Virus record (IMG/VR): IMGVR_UViG_3300037692_000224 | Location: 1-36,898 of that record | Direction: 5' to 3' (one strand) | Origin: a virus | Taxonomy: Duplodnaviria > Caudoviricetes | Length of the DNA: 36,898 nt | Shown here: positions 1-8,928 of the stretch, piece after piece | Position numbering within the stretch: position 1 is the first letter of the stretch | Layout of the letters: the number at the start of each line of letters is the position of its first letter | Translations under genes and position numbers: made by a program | Notes under the pieces: model-generated | The model's database searches: none | The model's input: only the letters and a program-made list of their open reading frames with translations | Told to the model about the DNA's origin: nothing

Positions 1-220
1 ATGCCCGTGGCTACTGGACAGTATCAATTCAATGATTCGGGTATTGCAATTTGGAGGTACTTTACCTTGGAAATACAAAGATACCGAATATGAGAAAATG
101 ATCGATGCAGATGCAATCACGACGGAATTTATTCGTTGCCCTGATCCAACTGATGCAGGCTTGGTTGCAAAAGTAATCCGAAAAAAACTGGAGACACCCA
201 AAGAAGCGGGATGGTCATAA
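1..220 (+). CDS. 3' end of a flanking host gene, function unknown (truncated by window edge)
   Basis: The frame of ORF 32..220 is open back to position 2 and stops at TAA 218-220; it lies outside the phage left end. Confidence 0.5.
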   Translation, partial: CPWLLDSINSMIRVLQFGGTLPWKYKDTEYEKMIDADAITTEFIRCPDPTDAGLVAKVIRKKLETPKEAGWS

Positions 221-370
221 ACAAACGGTATTTCAAAACAAGACAGTTGAGCTGACTGGGCCAATCTCGCGGCATTATTGAAATTCTGTACGGGCTTGCA
301 GTGCAAAGCGCTTCTCAGGCGCCCTGCTAATAGGCCGTCCAGCCCCGCTATAGGAAAAACCTACAAAAAG

Positions 371-557
371 TGTAACGGGGTACGAGTATTGAGACCTGCA
401 TAAATAAAGGAAACAAAAGTTAGATAGTTTAAAAAAGGTTGGAGAAACTGAGCGTTAAGTTAAAATTAATGATGGTTAAAATTTTTTCAGGTCTCAAATC
501 AGCTGCCCCGGTTTTTTGGGCTGAACTTGAAACTATGGGCGGGTGATTTGAGACCTG
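371..557. repeat. Left end (attL-like) with putative transposase-binding sites
   Basis: Terminal TG at 371; TGAGACCTG at 390-398, CAGGTCTCAAATC at 488-500 and GATTTGAGACCTG at 545-557. The same motif occurs three times at the right end. Confidence 0.8.
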
Positions 558-628
558 ACTTTCAAGTTTTAAAAAAAATTTAAGGAGTTTGGCTTTTTTG
601 GATCGCAATGCGACCATATATATATAGG

Positions 629-1063
629 TCAGTTCATTACCAGATCATTAAGCTGCCAGCTATTCGAGCCTGTTTTTTCGATCTCTGCTGTGAAATGGTT
701 ACGAAGTGTAGCACCGAAGCCGTTTTGTGAGTCAACCCATGAGTCTATATAATAGATCTGCCCGTTTCGCTTTATGTGACCCGTATATCCATCTAAGACT
801 CCAGGGAAAACGGCTGTAGCTGGTGCTCTAAGGTTGGCTTTGACGTAATTTTCAACCTTGATATAGGCTAAGGTTGATTCATCACCGGCGTCTACCTTAG
901 ACAATGATACAAAATATCCCGGCAGAACAACAACGGCGATAAGAATCGCTAGTATTTTGACTAATGGATGAGTTTTCTTTTTAGGCGGTGCGCCGCAGCT
1001 CGGGCATGTTTTAGCTTTGCTGCTGATACTGCTTTTACATTCCTTGCAGGTGATAAGTGCCAT
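629..1063 (-). CDS. Zinc-ribbon membrane protein (moron next to the repressor)
   Basis: N-terminal CxxC-x10-CxxC (CKEC...CPSC), one hydrophobic helix, then a soluble domain; same strand as the repressor. Confidence 0.75.
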   Translation of the reverse strand: MALITCKECKSSISSKAKTCPSCGAPPKKKTHPLVKILAILIAVVVLPGYFVSLSKVDAGDESTLAYIKVENYVKANLRAPATAVFPGVLDGYTGHIKRNGQIYYIDSWVDSQNGFGATLRNHFTAEIEKTGSNSWQLNDLVMN

Positions 1064-1129
1064 TAATTTCTCCTAATTTAAACCATACCTCATATTGAAA
1101 TGTTGAATAAACGGTAAATACAATCTTTG

Positions 1130-1564
1130 TTATATTACCGCAGAAGTGTCACCCTTATCAAGGGTCCCTTTCTTTTGACGCCATTCTTTAAATAATGGGA
1201 TCTTGTGCATAAGTTCCATTTCGAACCAGGTGAGCCAGCCTGGGTTATCTGACGTCATTTCCCTTAGCCAGAGCTTTATATCTTTTATTAGCGGGTCCTC
1301 CAGGTGGCGGATTTCGCCGTTTGTCTTTTCTGCTTTTACCTCTCCCTGGGGCCGCATTGGTCCGCATCCTGTTACAAGCCATTCGATTGAAACATCGGCG
1401 GCTTCTGCAAGTGCTATTAGTTTTTTTCTGGATGGATCATTATCACCATCTATATAACCCTTGATACTTCGGGGAGATATCCCTGTTTTTTTAGAAATGG
1501 AAGTTATCCCACCAGTATTATCTGCAATTTTTTGCATCCTTTCCCCGAACAAATCTTCTGTCAT
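1130..1564 (-). CDS. Phage repressor (Cro/CI-type HTH)
   Basis: XRE-like HTH (GITSISKKTGISPRSIKGY...PSRKKLIALAEAADVSIEWLVTG), divergent from the early operon. Likely start is the ATG at 1564 (MTEDLFGERM). Confidence 0.85.
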   Translation of the reverse strand: MTEDLFGERMQKIADNTGGITSISKKTGISPRSIKGYIDGDNDPSRKKLIALAEAADVSIEWLVTGCGPMRPQGEVKAEKTNGEIRHLEDPLIKDIKLWLREMTSDNPGWLTWFEMELMHKIPLFKEWRQKKGTLDKGDTSAVI

Positions 1565-1570
1565 AGTCAC

Positions 1571-1701
1571 TTTCAAGTTAGAAGGTGGAACTTGAAAGCG
1601 AACTTGAAAATAATTTTCAAGTTTCAAGTTCGCTTTATGTGTTGTTATTACAATGTCTTGTTAGATTCTCATGAAATATTTTGCAGACGTTTAACTTGAA
1701 A
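1571..1701. promoter_or_regulatory. Cluster of AACTTGAAA/TTTCAAGTT repeats, putative repressor operators
   Basis: Six exact 9-mers starting at 1571, 1589, 1601, 1615, 1622 and 1693 between repressor and ner-like gene; two more at 524 and 560. Confidence 0.7.
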
Positions 1702-1715
1702 ATGCAAAATATTGC

Positions 1716-1744
1716 TTGATCATCTTGCAATATTCCCCTACAAT
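1716..1744 (+). promoter_or_regulatory. Putative sigma70 early promoter
   Basis: TTGATC (1716-1721), 17-bp spacer, TACAAT (1739-1744), pointing into the early operon next to the operator cluster. Confidence 0.55.
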
Positions 1745-1990
1745 CATCCATAAGCCGTTTAGAAATAAACAGGTAGACGGACAGAGAATAGCATCAAAAA
1801 CACATCAATGCAAAGTGCCATTTTGCGCACATTTCCAATAACGGAAAAGGAGCATTTTGAGACGAGAAAAACGGTACACCTCTTATTAGGTTTATTCGAT
1901 AGTCCGACAAAGTAGCCCAAGAAGAAAAAGTTTAACAGGAATAACTAATAATAAGCGTCTTTTATCGCTCAATTAAACAAAGGTTCAACG

Positions 1991-2230
1991 ATGAAAAAGA
2001 GCAGTGTGAGAACGGTCAAAGACAGAACAAAAGCCAGGTCCTGGATGGTGGACAACCATATCCGGCAACGCGATATACAGCTCTCCCTGGGGCATCAATA
2101 CCCAGTGCAGGTATCAGAGACAATGCGAGGCGTTCGTTCTAACCGGGCTGTGCTGGAATATCTGCTTGATAAAGGTTGCCCTGGGGAATACCTGGCCCTT
2201 CCTTTAGATATACTGGAGGTTGAAAGATGA
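1991..2230 (+). CDS. Ner/Cro-like small DNA-binding protein
   Basis: 79 aa basic HTH-like protein in the ner position, with ATGA overlap with the transposase. Confidence 0.65.
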   Translation: MKKSSVRTVKDRTKARSWMVDNHIRQRDIQLSLGHQYPVQVSETMRGVRSNRAVLEYLLDKGCPGEYLALPLDILEVER

Positions 2231-4512
2231 AAGAGTGGTTGGCTGCAGCTGACTTGGTTGGATTGCCTGGGATGCCGGGCACTGTCCAGGGAATTAACGC
2301 AAGAGCAAAGCGGGAGGACTGGGCCTTCCAATCCAAACAAGGTCGCGGTGGCGGCAGAGAATACGCCGTCTCATCGTTACCGAAAGAAACCCGCGACGCA
2401 CTCTGTGAAAAAACCTTAGAGCTTTTACCTGTAAAGGCAGAAAAAAACAAGTCGCTCGCCGTCTACGATCCAGCGCCAGTGCAACCGCTGGCCGATTTGA
2501 AGCAGTGGCAGCGCGAAATATTCGACGCCAGGGTTATAATTTTCCGCGAATTTGAGCGATTGCAGGAACTGCATGGAACCAAGAGCGCGATTACCAAGCT
2601 GCTTGCCCTGGTTGAAACCAATAGTCTGCCAGACGAGCTGCAATATGCAGCAGAGCTGGCCAATGCCAGGCGGGGATCAGGTAGGACCATTTCAAGAGCA
2701 ATGATCCTGCGCTGGCAGAAAACAGTTAAGGAAAACGGCCTGCCGGCCCTGGCTCCAAAACCTGGCGCACAGTCGAACACGGTACCGGAATGGGCCAACT
2801 ACTTTATCAAGTCGTACAACCGGCCACAAAAGCCGTCAGTTACCGATGCCATGAATTTAATGACTGAAATCATGCCCGAAACAATGGCAATGCCGAGTTA
2901 TGACCAGGTCAAACGCTTCAATAAAAGCCGTTCAACCATCGACCGTGAACGTGGCCGTCATTCGCCCAACGCCCTCCGCAAATTCAAGGGCTATATGGAC
3001 CGGATAACCGACGATCTACAGCCGGGAGAGTTGTTTTTGTGCGACGGTCACAGCTTCAAAGCAAAAGTTGCGCACTTTGACCACGGTCGCCCTTTTCACC
3101 CTGAAGTCTGTTGTGTCATCTGCGCAAAGACCCGGCTGGCGGCGGGATGGTCGGCGGGTGTTGCCGAGTCCGGCCAGACTGTCGCCGATGCCCTGCGCCA
3201 TGCCATCACCGTCAACGATGGAAAACCTTATGGCGGGATTCCGGCCATCTTCTATACAGACGGCGGCTCGGGCAATCTCAGCAAGCTGAACACCCACAGA
3301 ATCACCGGCTTTTATGCCCGGCTGGGGATCACCCACAAGACGGGTATACCGGGCAATGCCCAGGGCCGGGGCATGGTGGAAATATTGAATAAATCGCTTT
3401 GGATAAGGGCCGCTAAGAAGTTGCCGACCTTCACAGGAAAAGAGATGGATTCGGGCGTGCAGCGCAAGGTTTATCAGATTCTTGATAAATCGGTCAAGAA
3501 GGGAGTTAAGGCGGATATCCTGCCGTCATGGAACCAGTTTATGGCCTGCTGTGCCGCTGAAATAGATGTCTATAACCGGACTCCGCATAGCAGCCTGCCT
3601 AAATGGACCGACCCTAATACCGGGAGAAAAAGGTACATGGCACCCCTTGAATATTGGGCTCTGCATGTTGTCGAAGGCTGGATGCCTACTGTCCTGCCTG
3701 AAGAGATGGTCAACGATTTGTTCTATCCGCAGATGATAAAAGCCACCAGGCGCGGAGCTGTCACTCTCTTCAAGAACCGCTACAGCAACCGCAATGTACT
3801 CGAACAATACCACGGGCAGCAGGTCATCGTGGAATATGACATCCATAACGCAGAGACAGTACGGGTCAGGGATATGCAGCAACGGCTGCTTTGCACGGCT
3901 TCATTTCAGTCGAGTCAGGCCCGGTTCTTCCCGAAAGAGGTCTCTCAGATCGCTATTGAGAACCGCATGAAAGGCCAAAAGAAACTTATTGCCAATAAAC
4001 TAGAAGATATCAACGCTCAACTTGGTCAGGCGATTGAAATAGAGATGGCCCCTACCCCGCTGACCGAGGATGAAGAACGCCGAGCAGCCGAACTGCTTGA
4101 CGCATACCAGGAGCCGGTTGAAGAGCCAATTGAATTTGACATGTCGCTGCTTGAGCCTCTTCGCCCGCATATGCCCGAGAAAGAGTTTGACGAGTCGCTG
4201 CTTGATGACCGTTTTACCCCGCCATCAGCAACGGAATCGTATGAGTACGACGATGCCGAGGAAGAGGATAGCGAACCGGAAAAAGTGCGGATCTTGCCGG
4301 ATGCCGTAATCGATGCCCGCAGGAAGTTCTCGCCGGTACCTGACGGCGACGCCTGGCTCAACCTGGACGGTTTTGAAAGGTTTGAATATCTGGAAAGATA
4401 CGAGAGTTTGACGGAAAGCCAACAGAAGTGGGTCGCCTACTACAAAACGACTGCCGAGTATGATTTTTTACAGAAATTATACAGGGATATAGAAGTACAA
4501 GAGAAAAAATAA
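2227..4512 (+). CDS. muA: Mu-type DDE transposase A
   Basis: N-terminal Mu HTH (WLAAADLVGLPGMPGT...GRGGGREY); catalytic D (CDGH), D (YTDGGSG) and E (GRGMVE); Mu-like C-terminal domain. Confidence 0.95.
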   Translation: MKEWLAAADLVGLPGMPGTVQGINARAKREDWAFQSKQGRGGGREYAVSSLPKETRDALCEKTLELLPVKAEKNKSLAVYDPAPVQPLADLKQWQREIFDARVIIFREFERLQELHGTKSAITKLLALVETNSLPDELQYAAELANARRGSGRTISRAMILRWQKTVKENGLPALAPKPGAQSNTVPEWANYFIKSYNRPQKPSVTDAMNLMTEIMPETMAMPSYDQVKRFNKSRSTIDRERGRHSPNALRKFKGYMDRITDDLQPGELFLCDGHSFKAKVAHFDHGRPFHPEVCCVICAKTRLAAGWSAGVAESGQTVADALRHAITVNDGKPYGGIPAIFYTDGGSGNLSKLNTHRITGFYARLGITHKTGIPGNAQGRGMVEILNKSLWIRAAKKLPTFTGKEMDSGVQRKVYQILDKSVKKGVKADILPSWNQFMACCAAEIDVYNRTPHSSLPKWTDPNTGRKRYMAPLEYWALHVVEGWMPTVLPEEMVNDLFYPQMIKATRRGAVTLFKNRYSNRNVLEQYHGQQVIVEYDIHNAETVRVRDMQQRLLCTASFQSSQARFFPKEVSQIAIENRMKGQKKLIANKLEDINAQLGQAIEIEMAPTPLTEDEERRAAELLDAYQEPVEEPIEFDMSLLEPLRPHMPEKEFDESLLDDRFTPPSATESYEYDDAEEEDSEPEKVRILPDAVIDARRKFSPVPDGDAWLNLDGFERFEYLERYESLTESQQKWVAYYKTTAEYDFLQKLYRDIEVQEKK

Positions 4513-4515
4513 AAA

Positions 4516-4541
4516 CGAAGCCGGGACGCAACCCGGCTTCG
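4516..4541 (-). terminator. 10-bp hairpin between A and B, terminator-like on the minus strand
   Basis: CGAAGCCGGG-acgcaa-CCCGGCTTCG, preceded on + by an A-rich run (U-tract on the minus strand). Confidence 0.45.
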
Positions 4542-4599
4542 CCCAGGACAACAGCATAGTGCTATTGCCCTTAAATACCAACAATCAGGAGTATACAGC

Positions 4600-5313
4600 A
4601 TGAAAAGAGCAGTTGCAATTACGGCATCAATTAAACGGTATCTAATGGCCATTGAAGGCCTGGAGGGTTCGACCGCCCCGGAGAGGATGTGTTTCGTCTG
4701 GGGTATGCCGGGTGCCGGAAAAACCACGGCTACCGCCTTCGTGGTCAACCGAACGAACGGGGTTTTTGTCCGTGCCCAAAGAATATGGAACATTACCTCC
4801 ATGCTGTCATCGATTGTTGAGCAACTTGAAGGCCAGCCCAGCCGCTTTAGGCAACCCATGTTCGACTATATCGTCCAGAAATTACGCAGAACACAGCGCT
4901 CATTGTTTGTAGATGAAGCCGATTACCTGAATGAAGCCATGATCGAAGTTTTGCGCGATATCCATGACCTTTCAGGACGTCCCGTCACGCTGATAGGTAT
5001 GGATCAGGTACGGCGTGGCCTGGCGCAAAACGAGAGATTTATGCGCAGGATCACCGAGGAAATTAAGTTTCTGCCCCTCGATTTCCTCGACTGCCTGGCG
5101 GTCTACAAGGCGGTTGCCGAGGTTGAGATAGATGAGGATCTACTTATGGCCTTAAACGACGAAGCAAGCGGCAACGTTGGTCTTATCAACAACGGGATAG
5201 GCATGATCGAGAAAGTCGCTCGGAGCAACGGCTGGGCTAGGGCAACCCTGGCGCTCTGGAACAATGGCTCAAAATCTAACCGTAAATTTTTCTTCACCAA
5301 TGGTGGTAAATAG
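4600..5313 (+). CDS. muB: MuB-like AAA+ transposition ATPase
   Basis: Walker A GMPGAGKT, Walker B LFVDEAD and LRDIHD motif; follows the transposase. Confidence 0.92.
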   Translation: MKRAVAITASIKRYLMAIEGLEGSTAPERMCFVWGMPGAGKTTATAFVVNRTNGVFVRAQRIWNITSMLSSIVEQLEGQPSRFRQPMFDYIVQKLRRTQRSLFVDEADYLNEAMIEVLRDIHDLSGRPVTLIGMDQVRRGLAQNERFMRRITEEIKFLPLDFLDCLAVYKAVAEVEIDEDLLMALNDEASGNVGLINNGIGMIEKVARSNGWARATLALWNNGSKSNRKFFFTNGGK

Positions 5314-5324
5314 CAGGTGATTGA

Positions 5325-6125
5325 ATGGTAAAAGACAACAAAAAGACAAAGGAAAAACCGAAGAAAGAGCGCATCACCGCCAGACAGCGAGCCTGGAACT
5401 CTATGCGCATCTTTCGGACGTTCAAAGACGGGGATATTGAGGCTACGGCTGAGATCGGTCTATCAAATCTGAGATCGTTCATCAGCCTGCTTCTTGCCTG
5501 CGGGTATTTGTGCGAGATCGGCAAAACCAGCGAAACCGGAGATAGGCGCAACCCCAGGATAGCCGTGTACACCCTGTTAAACGATAGCGGGCCAAGAACT
5601 CCCCAGCAAGCCAAACCGACAGCGGAAGAAAGAAAGAGAAATCCGCTGAGACTGAAAGGCTTATTCGACCAGAACACCGGAGAGACTATCTGGGAAAACG
5701 GCGAGATAACCAACCCGGCTACCAAAAAAGCCGACAAAGAACTCAGCGCCACAGCCAGACAGCGGGCCTGGAGTATCATGCGGGATTTGGAAACCTTTAC
5801 CGCAAAGGATATCGAGGAGGCTGCGCAGATCGGTTTTTCTAACCTCCGCGAGTTTATCAGCCTGCTGCTCCTGTGCGGCTTTCTGGGAACAACGGGAGAA
5901 AGTAAGGACACCGGGTTTCGTCGCAACACTCAATTGGAAAAGTACATTCTTTTAATTGACAGCGGCCCGAGGACGCCGAAACAAGTACATCCGACAGCAG
6001 CAGAAAAGCGGCAGAACCCTTTGAGATTACGTGGCCTGAGAGACCAGAACACAGGCAAAACAATATGGCCGGAAAGACGGCCGACAGTAAAGGAGCTACA
6101 AAATGGAATGGTTAGACCTGCTTAA
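5325..6125 (+). CDS. Early protein with two tandem winged-HTH-like repeats
   Basis: Two ~106 aa repeats TARQRAW...DSGPRTP...DQNTG(E/K)TIW, offset by 125 codons. Confidence 0.75.
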   Translation: MVKDNKKTKEKPKKERITARQRAWNSMRIFRTFKDGDIEATAEIGLSNLRSFISLLLACGYLCEIGKTSETGDRRNPRIAVYTLLNDSGPRTPQQAKPTAEERKRNPLRLKGLFDQNTGETIWENGEITNPATKKADKELSATARQRAWSIMRDLETFTAKDIEEAAQIGFSNLREFISLLLLCGFLGTTGESKDTGFRRNTQLEKYILLIDSGPRTPKQVHPTAAEKRQNPLRLRGLRDQNTGKTIWPERRPTVKELQNGMVRPA

Positions 6126-6423
6126 AAAAGCGGTGACCGAAGCAGGCAACCAGGCGGCTGTAGCTCGGGAACTTGGCTACTCCCCGGCTGTGATCAGCCA
6201 GGCGCTGCAGGGTATCTATCCCGGCGACACCGAGAAGTTGGCGGCTAAGGTCATCGAAGTATACGGCAACGAGACGGTTGAATGTCCGTTGCTCGGGGTT
6301 ATCACACTGGCGAAATGCGTCAAGAACCAGCAGTTGCCTTTTTCCAGCGCAAACCCCCTGGCGGTAGAGATTTGGGCAACATGCCCGTTATGCAAAAATA
6401 ATAAGAAAAGGTGCAAATTATGA
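6103..6423 (+). CDS. HTH DNA-binding protein with Cys-rich C-terminus
   Basis: NQAAVARELGYSPAVISQ HTH followed by C...C...CPLC; typical of Mu-like early regions. Confidence 0.8.
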   Translation: MEWLDLLKKAVTEAGNQAAVARELGYSPAVISQALQGIYPGDTEKLAAKVIEVYGNETVECPLLGVITLAKCVKNQQLPFSSANPLAVEIWATCPLCKNNKKRCKL

Positions 6424-6833
6424 ACAGTATTCAGTTGGCAGTACACCCCCCAGCCGTCATAAATGTTGAGCAGAAAGCAAAACAAGTATTGGCGGCATTA
6501 TATCAGCTTCAGCCGCAAATCAACATCCGCGGCATGGAACCGGAAGTCGATTTGCTGAGGGGCATGAGAGACGATCTGCGCGAGCTGGTGGAAGAGCTGA
6601 CACGGGATAACCAGCGATTGGCCAGAGTGGTCGGCTCGTGGCGGACCGATGTCATTTCGACCCTTAGAGAATTGAAGAAATGCACCTACAACACAGAGAG
6701 CTCGGAGATGTCCGACGAGGAATTACATAAATTAAGCCTGGTTGCTGAGGTTTTTGCAGACAGGTGCCGGGAATATTTCCAAAGTAAAAAGCAGTTTAAG
6801 GCAATTAAGAATGGTGTGAATCATGGCGCGTAA
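6420..6833 (+). CDS. Hypothetical coiled-coil protein
   Basis: ATGA overlap with the upstream gene; helical heptad pattern. Confidence 0.65.
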   Translation: MNSIQLAVHPPAVINVEQKAKQVLAALYQLQPQINIRGMEPEVDLLRGMRDDLRELVEELTRDNQRLARVVGSWRTDVISTLRELKKCTYNTESSEMSDEELHKLSLVAEVFADRCREYFQSKKQFKAIKNGVNHGA

Positions 6834-7437
6834 AGATGATTTAGGCCGCTGGATCGACGCGAAAGGCGATTCCATCCCGGCAAAGTATGTGGACCCGGTA
6901 GCAAAGAAACGGGATGCAATGGTTGAGAAGCTGCACCGACAGGCCCTGAAGGCTCAGGAGCACCTGCGCAAATTCAAGCAGGCGGTCAGCGCGGATATAG
7001 GCAGTTATCTGGACTGGCTGGCAACCACGGCAGGCGAAGAGAAATTAAATCCAGGCGGAAATTACAGCCTGGACAGTTTTTCCGGTGATCTGCGGGTCAC
7101 CATCAAGGTCAATAAGGTTGTCGCCTTTGATGAGCGGTTGCAGCTGGCCAAGCAAAAGATTGATCGTTGCGCCAAGGCGTGGAGTGTCGGGGCCAATGAG
7201 AACCTCCAGGTTGTCGTTTCTCATGCCTTTTCTACCGACAAAAAGGGCAACGTCGATACCAGCCGAATTCTCGGTCTACGTAACTGGAAGATTAAAGACC
7301 CTGAATGGCAGGCGGCAATGGACCTGATCACCGAGGCTATCACCATCACCGGGACCAGGGAATATCTGTTGTTCCAAACGAAACCGGCACCGGACGCCGA
7401 GTGGAAAACCATCAGGCTTGATTTGGCGGGGGTGTAG
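6823..7437 (+). CDS. DUF3164-like Mu phage protein
   Basis: Motifs GNYSLDSFSG, FDERLQLAKQKID, AFSTDKKGNV and WQAAMDLI resemble the DUF3164 family. Confidence 0.8.
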   Translation: MARKDDLGRWIDAKGDSIPAKYVDPVAKKRDAMVEKLHRQALKAQEHLRKFKQAVSADIGSYLDWLATTAGEEKLNPGGNYSLDSFSGDLRVTIKVNKVVAFDERLQLAKQKIDRCAKAWSVGANENLQVVVSHAFSTDKKGNVDTSRILGLRNWKIKDPEWQAAMDLITEAITITGTREYLLFQTKPAPDAEWKTIRLDLAGV

Positions 7438-7441
7438 TCAG

Positions 7442-7900
7442 ATGACAGAGGACAGAGAACAGAAGCCAGAGAGGAAGCTGCCGACCAAGGAGGAATGGGC
7501 CGCTATTATAGCCGAGCTGTCCGGTAGTTTTGGCCTCGTGAAGCTGGCGGTTGATGGCTATGACCTTTCTATCACCAGAGGGCAAATCGGAAAGAACAAG
7601 CTTGGCCTCATTGTGTATATCAACGGCAGCATTAAGGGCATATGGTACGCACACTATAGATCGACTGATATCAACCCGGAGATACCTGAAGAGACCAGGC
7701 GTTTCTATAGGAAGAAAACACAGTTTTTACACTCTGCTAAAGACCGGGCTTTTTGGTTGAAAGTATACGGAAAGAAGGAAGCTCCTAAGCGGGGGATGGA
7801 TACAAAGTTCATCTCTTATGACCCCAGGTGGCTGAGCGCTACGGCCCTTAAACAGCACCTACTCAAAAACAACCATAATATCGAAGTGGTAAAGGATTAG
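7442..7900 (+). CDS. Hypothetical phage protein
   Basis: Tightly packed ORF in the early operon, ATG at 7442. Confidence 0.7.
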   Translation: MTEDREQKPERKLPTKEEWAAIIAELSGSFGLVKLAVDGYDLSITRGQIGKNKLGLIVYINGSIKGIWYAHYRSTDINPEIPEETRRFYRKKTQFLHSAKDRAFWLKVYGKKEAPKRGMDTKFISYDPRWLSATALKQHLLKNNHNIEVVKD

Positions 7901-7902
7901 CC

Positions 7903-8148
7903 ATGATGGTAGCAGAGACACAGAACGCTCCCATCATGGGGGCACAGGGAGCACGGGCGGATGATAAAAGAAAATCCGTTAAGCGGCTGGCAATGATTTT
8001 CAGCACATGCACCATCGCCGATTGTCCTATTGAATCGGTCTGCATCACACAGCAGAAAGGCGAAAGGGAGGTTATATGCGGCTACTACCTTGGTTCATTG
8101 ACTTTTGGTAGTGGCTCGCAGGTTGTCTGCGGATATAGAGGGAATTAA
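7903..8148 (+). CDS. Small Cys-rich hypothetical protein
   Basis: Packed ORF with SD-like AAGGA upstream; 5 Cys. Confidence 0.55.
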   Translation: MMVAETQNAPIMGAQGARADDKRKSVKRLAMIFSTCTIADCPIESVCITQQKGEREVICGYYLGSLTFGSGSQVVCGYRGN

Positions 8149-8172
8149 GATAAAATCAAGGAATATAAAGAT

Positions 8173-8577
8173 ATGAATAAAAATGATAACGAAGCAGGGC
8201 AAGCTGTCAAAGTGAAACGCCTGGTTAAGTGGTTTGTCTCTGGAGATACCGGCAAAAGTTCAAAAGCCATAGTGGGCGTCATGGAGGGAGTAAGCCCGTG
8301 TGATAAATTTCATGGGTGCCACCCCAGTGACGGCGGCGACTTTGGCCGGTGCTACCGACTGCTTGAGGAAATTCCAGAATACAAAACAAGAATTGACGAG
8401 ATGAAGCCAGTGTCTCCTGAATGGGAGGTGTTAGTTAACCATTGGAACGAATTGTCAGAGATGCACCGGCGGAAAGGCGACATGTACAAAAGAATGAAAG
8501 AACTCTTCGCCACCTGCCCCAGGAGGCCAAACGTTGTTGAACTGGGACCTGGCGTGTCGGTTTCTTTTGGCGCTTAA
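8173..8577 (+). CDS. Hypothetical phage protein
   Basis: SD AAGGA; contains GDTGKSSKAI...HPSDGGDFGRCYRLL, a pattern I recall from uncharacterised phage proteins. Confidence 0.75.
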   Translation: MNKNDNEAGQAVKVKRLVKWFVSGDTGKSSKAIVGVMEGVSPCDKFHGCHPSDGGDFGRCYRLLEEIPEYKTRIDEMKPVSPEWEVLVNHWNELSEMHRRKGDMYKRMKELFATCPRRPNVVELGPGVSVSFGA

Positions 8578-8599
8578 CACTTAGGCACAACACTTAAAA

Positions 8600-8658
8600 G
8601 CGAAACCCCGGCAAGCCGGGGTCGTCGGCGGGCGGTTCCGTCGATCTGATGAGCAGCC
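8600..8658 (+). ncRNA. Hammerhead ribozyme, type II
   Basis: GC-GAAA, stem III (ACCCCGG/CCGGGGT), GTC cleavage triplet 8621-8623, 8-bp stem I (GTCGGCGG/CCGTCGAT), CTGATGA 8646-8652, then GC closing a 2-bp stem II. The 3' tail AGCC can pair with loop I GGTT. Confidence 0.9.
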
Positions 8659-8679
8659 ATAAATGAATTGAGGAAAAAC

Positions 8680-8928
8680 ATGAAAAACAGACTGACAGAC
8701 TTAAATAATCATCTCTTTGCCCAGCTGGAAAGGCTCGGCGAAGAGAATTTAAAAGGCGACAAGCTCCTGGAGGAAGTAACTAGGAGTAAGGCCATAAGCT
8801 CTATCGCCAAGGATATAGTCGCTACAGGCAAGATCGTCCTCGAAGCGCAAAAGGCTATCTGGGAGAGAGACATCAACACAAAGGATGTGCCGAAGATGCT
8901 GCAGGCCGGTGGTAATGATGGGGTTTAA
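8680..8928 (+). CDS. Hypothetical phage protein of the type found upstream of HNH genes
   Basis: SD GAGGA; MKNRLTDLNNHLFAQLERL N-terminus. Confidence 0.8.
   Translation: MKNRLTDLNNHLFAQLERLGEENLKGDKLLEEVTRSKAISSIAKDIVATGKIVLEAQKAIWERDINTKDVPKMLQAGGNDGV

Noticed and set aside
429-617. 62 aa minus-strand ORF
   Set aside because: It overlaps the attL binding-site array and has no recognisable features.
1565-1627. N-terminal extension of the repressor ORF from TTG 1627
   Set aside because: It runs through the operator repeats; the ATG at 1564 gives a normal HTH start.
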